From: Promethearchaeota archaeon Loki_b32
GTDB lineage: Archaea > Asgardarchaeota > Lokiarchaeia > Sigyniarchaeales > SOKP01
DNA: 31,130 nt
Direction of reading: 5' to 3'
Assembly: GCA_005223125.1 (NCBI GenBank)
Contig: NJBH01000041.1
Span: 1 to 31,130, forward strand
Shown: piece after piece, positions 25,417-31,130 of the stretch
Numbering within the stretch: position 1 is the stretch's first letter
Layout: each line of letters opens with the position of its first letter
Position numbers and translations under genes: made by a program
The notes under the pieces: generated by a model
Databases searched by the model: none
Told to the model about the DNA's origin: nothing
What the model saw: only the letters and a program-made list of their open reading frames with translations

Positions 25417-28113
25417 ATGACAATTAATAATAAGAAATTTGTCTATGATTTTAGTGAAGGCGATAAGGATCAAAAGAATCTCCTAGGCGGTAAAGGCGCT
25501 AATCTAGCTGAAATGACTAGATTGGGCTTAACTATTCCACCAGGATTTACAATAACAACTGAAGCTTGTCTACTTTATTTTGGAAATCCTGAAAAAATAA
25601 TGAGACAATTAAGACCTAGTGTTATGGAATATTTAAAAGCCTTAGAGAATAATACAGGAAAGAAGTTTGGCAATAATAAAAATCCTTTATTAGTATCCGT
25701 CCGGTCTGGTGCACCCATGAGTATGCCTGGTATGATGGACACTGTTCTAAACTTAGGATTAAATGATGAAAGCATATTGGGATTAGCAGAGCAAACAGAA
25801 AATCCACGGTTTGCCTATGATTCTTATCGAAGATTCATTCAAATGGCTGGCGATGTAATCATGGGAATTGGTGACGAGAAATTCGAGAGAATTTTAAATA
25901 AATATAAAAGGAATATCGGAAGAAATGCTCAAGATACTGATCTAGGGGTAGCTGATCTACAAAAAGTAATAGCTGACTATAAAGCTCTATATGAGAAAGA
26001 AATTGGTTCCGTATTTCCACAAGATCCATTCAAACAACTATTTTTATCCATTGAAGCAGTTTTTAAATCTTGGAATAACAGAAGAGCTTTAACATATAGA
26101 AAAATTAATAACATTCCTGATTTTGGTACCGCGGTTAACATTCAAGCAATGGTTTTTGGAAACAAAGGCGAGAATTCAGCTACAGGAGTTGCTTTCACTA
26201 GAGATCCATCAACTGGTGAAGATACTAAGTTTGGTGAATATTTAACAAATGCACAAGGAGAAGATGTAGTTGCTGGGATAAGGACTCCTAAAAAATTGGA
26301 AGAAATGGGGGATGAATTTCCAGAAATATATAAAGAATTATTGAAGACAATGGACAAATTGGAAAATCACTATAGAGATATGCAAGACATTGAATTTACG
26401 ATTGAAGATGGAAAATTAAATATCTTACAAACACGAAATGGGAAAAGAACACCTTCAGCAGCAGTAAAAATAGCTGTGGATATGGTTAAAGAAGGATTAA
26501 TTACGAAAGAAGAAGCGATAATGAGTATTGATCCAAAAAAGATCTCAAAATTATTATTTAAGAGTATTGATGAAAATTCAATAATTCACATATTAGCTCA
26601 TGGCATTAATGCGTCTCCTGGAGCCGTTTCTGGAATCGCTATTTTTGACTCTGATAGAGCAGAAGAATTAGCGAACCAAGATCAAAAAGAGATTATTTTA
26701 ATACGCCCACAAACAAAACCAGAAGATGTTCATGGCCTCTATGCTGCAGCTGGAGTGTTAACTCAATTTGGAGGAAAAACTTCACATGCCGCAGTTGTTG
26801 CTCGAGGAATGGGTAAACCTGCTGTTGTAGGAGCTCAAGATGTTGAAATTGATGAAGAAAATAGAGAATTTAGAGTTGCAGAAATGGTCATAAAAGAAGG
26901 TGACTGGATAACTATTGACGGAACAACAGGAAGTATTATTGAGGGAAAAGTTCCTTTAATTGAACCCGAAATAAAAGGAGAATTTCTTGAATTATTAGAA
27001 ATAGCAGATGAGATTAAGACATTAGGTGTAAGAGCAAATGCAGACACCCCAGTAGATGCTCGAAAAGCAATAGAATTTGGTGCTGAAGGAATAGGATTAT
27101 GTAGGACAGAACACATGTTCATGGATATTATTTCTCGTCTGCCCGTTGTACAGAAAATGATAATGGCGAGAACAAAAGAAGATCGTCAAGATGCATTGGA
27201 TAAACTACTTCCGATGCAGAAAGGAGATTTTTATCAAATATTTAAAATTATGGAAGGAAAACCAGTAACAATACGGCTGTTAGACCCGCCTTTGCACGAG
27301 TTTTTACCAGAGCTATCAACTGTCTTATTAGAAACTCAAGAACTTAAGATGACCAATAACTTAACAAAATCTTTATTAAGTACAAGTCCTTTAGATGATG
27401 AAATCGCTGAAAAAAGTAAAGTAATCTCCTTAATTAGGTCACTCTCTGAAGTAAATCCCATGCTCGGATTAAGGGGGGTTAGGCTTGGAATTGTATGGCC
27501 AGAAATAAACGAAATGCAAGTGAGAGCTATTTTTGAGGCAGCATGTGAACTTAAGCGCGAAGGGATTGACGTTATACCAGAGGTTATGATCCCGCTTGTT
27601 GGGATGCTTTCAGAATTACAATTTGTAAAATCTCAATTAATGGAAGTTGCTTTAGAAACAATTAAGAATTATGATGTAGAATTAGATTATAAGTTTGGTA
27701 CCATGATAGAAGTCCCAAGAGCTGCTCTAATCGCAGATGAAATTGCTATTGAAGCGGAATTCTTCTCTTTTGGCACAAACGATTTGACACAGATGACTTA
27801 CGGCTTTAGCAGAGACGATGCTGAGGGAAAATTTATACCAGTCTACTTGAATAAAGAAATTTTAGAAAATAATCCATTTGAAATCCTCGATCAAGAAGGT
27901 GTTGGAAAATTAATGAAAATGGCTCTTGAGTTAGGCAAGAAAACCAGACCCGATCTGAAATGTGGGATTTGCGGAGAGCATGGAGGAGAACCAAGCGCGA
28001 TCAAATTTGCTCATTCCATCGGATTGGATTATGTTTCTTGTTCACCGTATAGAATTCCTGTAGCAATAATTGCAGCAGCTCAAGCAGTAATTGAAGAAAA
28101 TAGAAAAAAGTAG
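25417..28113 (+). CDS. ppdK: Pyruvate, phosphate dikinase
   Basis: LLGGKGANLAEM, PLLVSVRSGA..SMPGMMDTVLNLG, AQGEDVVAGIRTP, phospho-His motif GGKTSHAAVVAR, GIGLCRTEHMF, FSFGTNDLTQ, GICGEHGG. Confidence 0.98.
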   Translation: MTINNKKFVYDFSEGDKDQKNLLGGKGANLAEMTRLGLTIPPGFTITTEACLLYFGNPEKIMRQLRPSVMEYLKALENNTGKKFGNNKNPLLVSVRSGAPMSMPGMMDTVLNLGLNDESILGLAEQTENPRFAYDSYRRFIQMAGDVIMGIGDEKFERILNKYKRNIGRNAQDTDLGVADLQKVIADYKALYEKEIGSVFPQDPFKQLFLSIEAVFKSWNNRRALTYRKINNIPDFGTAVNIQAMVFGNKGENSATGVAFTRDPSTGEDTKFGEYLTNAQGEDVVAGIRTPKKLEEMGDEFPEIYKELLKTMDKLENHYRDMQDIEFTIEDGKLNILQTRNGKRTPSAAVKIAVDMVKEGLITKEEAIMSIDPKKISKLLFKSIDENSIIHILAHGINASPGAVSGIAIFDSDRAEELANQDQKEIILIRPQTKPEDVHGLYAAAGVLTQFGGKTSHAAVVARGMGKPAVVGAQDVEIDEENREFRVAEMVIKEGDWITIDGTTGSIIEGKVPLIEPEIKGEFLELLEIADEIKTLGVRANADTPVDARKAIEFGAEGIGLCRTEHMFMDIISRLPVVQKMIMARTKEDRQDALDKLLPMQKGDFYQIFKIMEGKPVTIRLLDPPLHEFLPELSTVLLETQELKMTNNLTKSLLSTSPLDDEIAEKSKVISLIRSLSEVNPMLGLRGVRLGIVWPEINEMQVRAIFEAACELKREGIDVIPEVMIPLVGMLSELQFVKSQLMEVALETIKNYDVELDYKFGTMIEVPRAALIADEIAIEAEFFSFGTNDLTQMTYGFSRDDAEGKFIPVYLNKEILENNPFEILDQEGVGKLMKMALELGKKTRPDLKCGICGEHGGEPSAIKFAHSIGLDYVSCSPYRIPVAIIAAAQAVIEENRKK

Positions 28114-28291
28114 TCAAAATTTTTTTTATAAATATTAGAAAAAAATAACTTTCTATTTAGGGTTTTTTATTTCACGTATCCCTATTTGATAAAGATAAAA
28201 TTAAAAATTAAAATGAGAGCTAAGATTTAAATTCTCAAATGTACATTAATAGAATGAGCCAAAAACGATAAATAGATTTAATTGAGAAAAG

Positions 28292-29659
28292 ATGCGAGAG
28301 TTTAAGGTCAATGAGTACATTACATTAAAATTTGAGAACAGAAAAACGAATATTTATGTAGCCGCTAAACTGTTTCGGCAGTGTAAATATTTATTAATCG
28401 AAATTCCTATAAATGAAATGACATCTCTCGATGAAATTGAATCCATAGATGATGCGGCTAAAAGATTAGGACATTCTTTAGAAAATGAAATTAATCCTGA
28501 ATTAAGTATTCCTCCAGAAGTAGAATTCTGGGGGCATTGTAGCAATTTACAAGCTTGGTATGAAAATAAATATAATCCACGACTTCTTCATTCAAATTTA
28601 GCGTTTCCGCTATTACAGAAACTTAATGATGTAGGCGATTTGCTTGCGAGGCAAGTCCTCAAGGAAGAACTTGCAAGACGTCTAATAGCTGGGGCTTATT
28701 CAGTAATGGACTTATTAATTAATAAGTTTTATATTGATTTTTTCAATAGAGATGAGCTGTGGTTTATTTTAAACGAGTTTAAATTAGATAAGTTTGAAAA
28801 AAAATTATACTATGTAAGTGCTGAATTTTTTATACTGAAGAAGCTAGTGGATATGGGAGATGGAAAAGCTATCCAAAGATTAAAAATAAAAATAATAAAT
28901 TATCTCTCTAATGGTTATAATTCCATTATAGCTCATTGTTATGAAAGAGGGTATATAGATTATTTAACAAGAGAGGAATTTTGGGGCGTATTTGGTGCTG
29001 ACGGTGTTGTACTTCATGAATTGGAACAAAAGATAAAAAAATATAGAATAATTAGTGGTCAAAAACGATATGTAGAGCAATTTCAAAATTTTGAGTATTT
29101 TAAGCTTCAAGATGGTATTAATATAAATAGTGGTCCTATGATCTTTACATTTGAAGAGGGAGAGATCACAGAAATTGGAATATTTGGAGATGAGAGGTCA
29201 GTAGCAGAAGCAAATCATGATTATTATTATAAAGACAAAGGTCACTTAGAGCTGGAGGAACTTGGCGAGTCTATAGGAAAGTTAGGTTCACTTAAGAAAC
29301 TGATTTTGCGGGATCTTGGATTAAAAAAACTTCCAACATCTTTTGAAAATTTAGATCAATTAAGAATTCTGTCATTAGCAGAAAATTCAGAAATTAAATT
29401 ATCAAATTCTCTATGGAAACTTGAATCACTTAAGGAATTGGATTTAAGTATGAACAATTTAAGGAGGATTCCAAAATCAGTCGAAAATCTAAAAAATCTT
29501 CAGGAATTGTATTTATATGGAAACAACTTGAAGTCAGTTCCACTAAAATCTATTGAAAAATTAAAGAAATTACAAGAAATATGTGTTGATCTCGAATTTG
29601 CTAAGAGAATGGATGATAAGACATATGAATATTTAAAAAATATATTATCTGTTACTTGA
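28292..29659 (+). CDS. Leucine-rich-repeat protein with N-terminal Loki-type 'FKVN...FWGHCSNLQ' domain
   Basis: The N-terminal ~130 aa closely resemble the N-terminus of the 1942-aa protein. One extra helical repeat follows, then ~5 C-terminal 23-aa LRRs (LKELDLSMNNLRRIPKSVENL). Confidence 0.9.
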   Translation: MREFKVNEYITLKFENRKTNIYVAAKLFRQCKYLLIEIPINEMTSLDEIESIDDAAKRLGHSLENEINPELSIPPEVEFWGHCSNLQAWYENKYNPRLLHSNLAFPLLQKLNDVGDLLARQVLKEELARRLIAGAYSVMDLLINKFYIDFFNRDELWFILNEFKLDKFEKKLYYVSAEFFILKKLVDMGDGKAIQRLKIKIINYLSNGYNSIIAHCYERGYIDYLTREEFWGVFGADGVVLHELEQKIKKYRIISGQKRYVEQFQNFEYFKLQDGININSGPMIFTFEEGEITEIGIFGDERSVAEANHDYYYKDKGHLELEELGESIGKLGSLKKLILRDLGLKKLPTSFENLDQLRILSLAENSEIKLSNSLWKLESLKELDLSMNNLRRIPKSVENLKNLQELYLYGNNLKSVPLKSIEKLKKLQEICVDLEFAKRMDDKTYEYLKNILSVT

Positions 29660-29661
29660 CT

Positions 29662-30000
29662 TTAAAATGGGAGATCAAAAGGATCTGGGTTTAATATTCT
29701 CGTTTTGGACTGAGGAATGAATGCTAAAGGATATTGCTTAAATAATTTCATAATGTTATCAATATCATTACAAAATTGAGAATTAAAACCTTCTATATTT
29801 TTAAATCCCCAGTATTCTTTACTCTTATCTGAAAAATAGATCTCGTCTAAAACTAATGCCCCTAGAATTATATTTATAGCTCCGAGATATTCAGTCTCCC
29901 CAGTAGCCTTATCAACAGTAGCAAAGAATAGTGTTTCACGTCCCTCAAATAGAGCTCGCAATACATATTTATATTTTGCAATAAAATCTCTCATTCTCAA
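29662..30000 (-). CDS. Hypothetical protein (112 aa)
   Basis: Protein-like composition, TTG start, converges on the LRR gene with a 2-bp gap. No motif recognised. Confidence 0.55.
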   Translation of the reverse strand: MRMRDFIAKYKYVLRALFEGRETLFFATVDKATGETEYLGAINIILGALVLDEIYFSDKSKEYWGFKNIEGFNSQFCNDIDNIMKLFKQYPLAFIPQSKTRILNPDPFDLPF

Positions 30001-30789
30001 CCGCCAAAATTATCACTTCTTCCATTTTTTTTTTTCATTTGTTTTCACTTTTTTTTCATATTATTTGCTAATCTTTTTAAAGAAAAAAAGAACTGAGTCG
30101 CTCTTTTACTTAATATTAATCTTTTTTGTAAATCTGAAAGAAATAAGATGAATCTTTGAGAATTAATAATATAACCCTTAAGACTGCTAAAAACTTTCGA
30201 AAACTGTCGAAATACTTCTATAACACCATACACCTTTTTCAATTAAGAATATTAATTATCAATATAATTTTTATACTCATTTTCCAACCTTTTGCGAAGA
30301 TGGAGAATATTTATCGTTTTTAAGGGTGGGGCTTTTAAAATTCTAATCTTATCATTTTATTCATTATCTAAATTGTCTTTAAATGCACTTTCTTCATGTT
30401 TTTGCATAATCTTCACTTTATCTGTGTTTTCACTTTTTCTCTATTAATATCATCGATTGAGCATGTATTATGTAACCACTTTAACAAAGCGGCACACCAC
30501 AGTTTTCTTGTTTTTTGATATACTTTTAGTAATAAGTAAATGTTATATTTAAAAATTTGCAAAATTAAAACAGGAAGATTAAATGAATCTTTTTTACCTC
30601 AAACTTTCTCAATTTTTGCACATTTTCTACGGGTGTAGAAAAGATTTGTGGTCAAAAAAATCTCTCACAATTTCTGCCCAAAGTAGATTTTGGATTATAT
30701 AAAATGAAAAAAAAAAATTAGAGTTAAATATTCACTAAGATAATATATATCAATTGATAAAAAATTTAAAAAAATTCAGGTGAATAAAA

Positions 30790-31130
30790 ATTAAAACTAA
30801 ACATGTGACGTTAAAAGTTATTGCGCTCATCTCGATTTTTATTTTAAGTACAGCCAATCTTAGAGTACAAGCAGACAAACCTGAACCTGGAATAACCTAC
30901 AGTTGGTCAGAAGAGACATTTAGGTTTTCCGTTGATCAGGTCTGGGACGGAACGCCTAAGGTCCTCAATTTTACGGGGGAATATGTAGATGATTATATTC
31001 ATAGGAACCATTATTTCAATGAAAGTGGGGAAACATGGATACGAGAAGATGTGACTACCACACATTTTGCAAATTTCAGTTATTTTCATAATGGGTCAAA
31101 AACGGGATATATTAAACTGGACTTTGTACT
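30790..31130 (+). CDS. Secreted / cell-surface protein, 5' part (runs off the window); probable ATT start
   Basis: Open frame IKTKHVTLKVIALISIFILSTANLRVQA-DKPEPGITYSW... to the window end. It has a basic n-region, a hydrophobic h-region and a VQA cleavage site, plus sequons NFT, NES, NFS, NGS. AGGTGA lies 6 nt before the ATT; alternative start GTG 30805. Confidence 0.75.
   Translation, partial: MKTKHVTLKVIALISIFILSTANLRVQADKPEPGITYSWSEETFRFSVDQVWDGTPKVLNFTGEYVDDYIHRNHYFNESGETWIREDVTTTHFANFSYFHNGSKTGYIKLDFV

Noticed and set aside
17157-28545. Short ORFs at 17157, 18715, 23803, 24592, 25575, 25622, 26142, 26835 and 28354
   Set aside because: Antisense shadows of the 1942-aa gene, the radical SAM gene, ppdK and the LRR gene.
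30045-30242. 65-aa minus-strand ORF
   Set aside because: Low-complexity K/F-rich sequence without RBS or motif; not supportable as a gene.
28261-30321. 14-bp match AAAAACGATAAATA at 28261-28274 and, inverted, at 30308-30321, considered as terminal inverted repeats or a shared promoter
   Set aside because: Very AT-rich and plausible by chance or as a generic BRE/TATA. No transposase or target-site duplication is visible.
30623-30642. Hairpin TTTTCTAC-GGGT-GTAGAAAA resembling a Cas12a direct-repeat stem
   Set aside because: Single copy with no spacers and no cas genes; at most a transcription-factor palindrome.
30907-31089. 60-aa minus-strand ORF
   Set aside because: Antisense to the better-supported signal-peptide-bearing frame on the + strand.
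1-31130. tRNA, rRNA, CRISPR array, IS or integrase
   Set aside because: No GC-rich cloverleaf or rRNA-like stretch, no regular repeat-spacer pattern, and no transposase or recombinase motif found by eye.

Overview
This AT-rich window is most consistent with an Asgard archaeon of the Lokiarchaeia type. The evidence is archaeal-type PheRS alpha/beta, archaeal PPAT, DUF1512, tungsten AOR, AGGTGA-type RBSs and a multi-copy 'FKVNxY...FWGHCSNLQ' domain family. Housekeeping and metabolic genes (gmd-like SDR, bacterial-type rph, pheS-pheT-pheA, coaD, DUF1512, aor-acyl-CoA ligase-SCP2-HAD, ppdK) flank a ~9.3 kb minus-strand accessory operon (15422-24743). The operon is the most striking element. It encodes a radical SAM/SPASM enzyme with an RRE-like N-terminus, followed by four paralogous small proteins. 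Three of these carry an N-terminal motif [RK]II[KR]xx[DE]GF[IV]TNSSSxSA; two copies were missed by the ORF track because they begin at non-canonical codons (ACG; GTT/ATT). The fourth paralog lacks the motif and begins where the Ser run would begin. The small genes are interleaved with a 1942-aa helical-repeat protein carrying two copies of the Loki-type domain and with a pseudogenised further copy. This looks like an uncharacterised radical-SAM protein-maturation system; that is an inference, not a demonstrated function. Other observations are a probable chimeric junction at ~430-445, several probable ATT starts, and a templated-insertion scar at 15924-15963.
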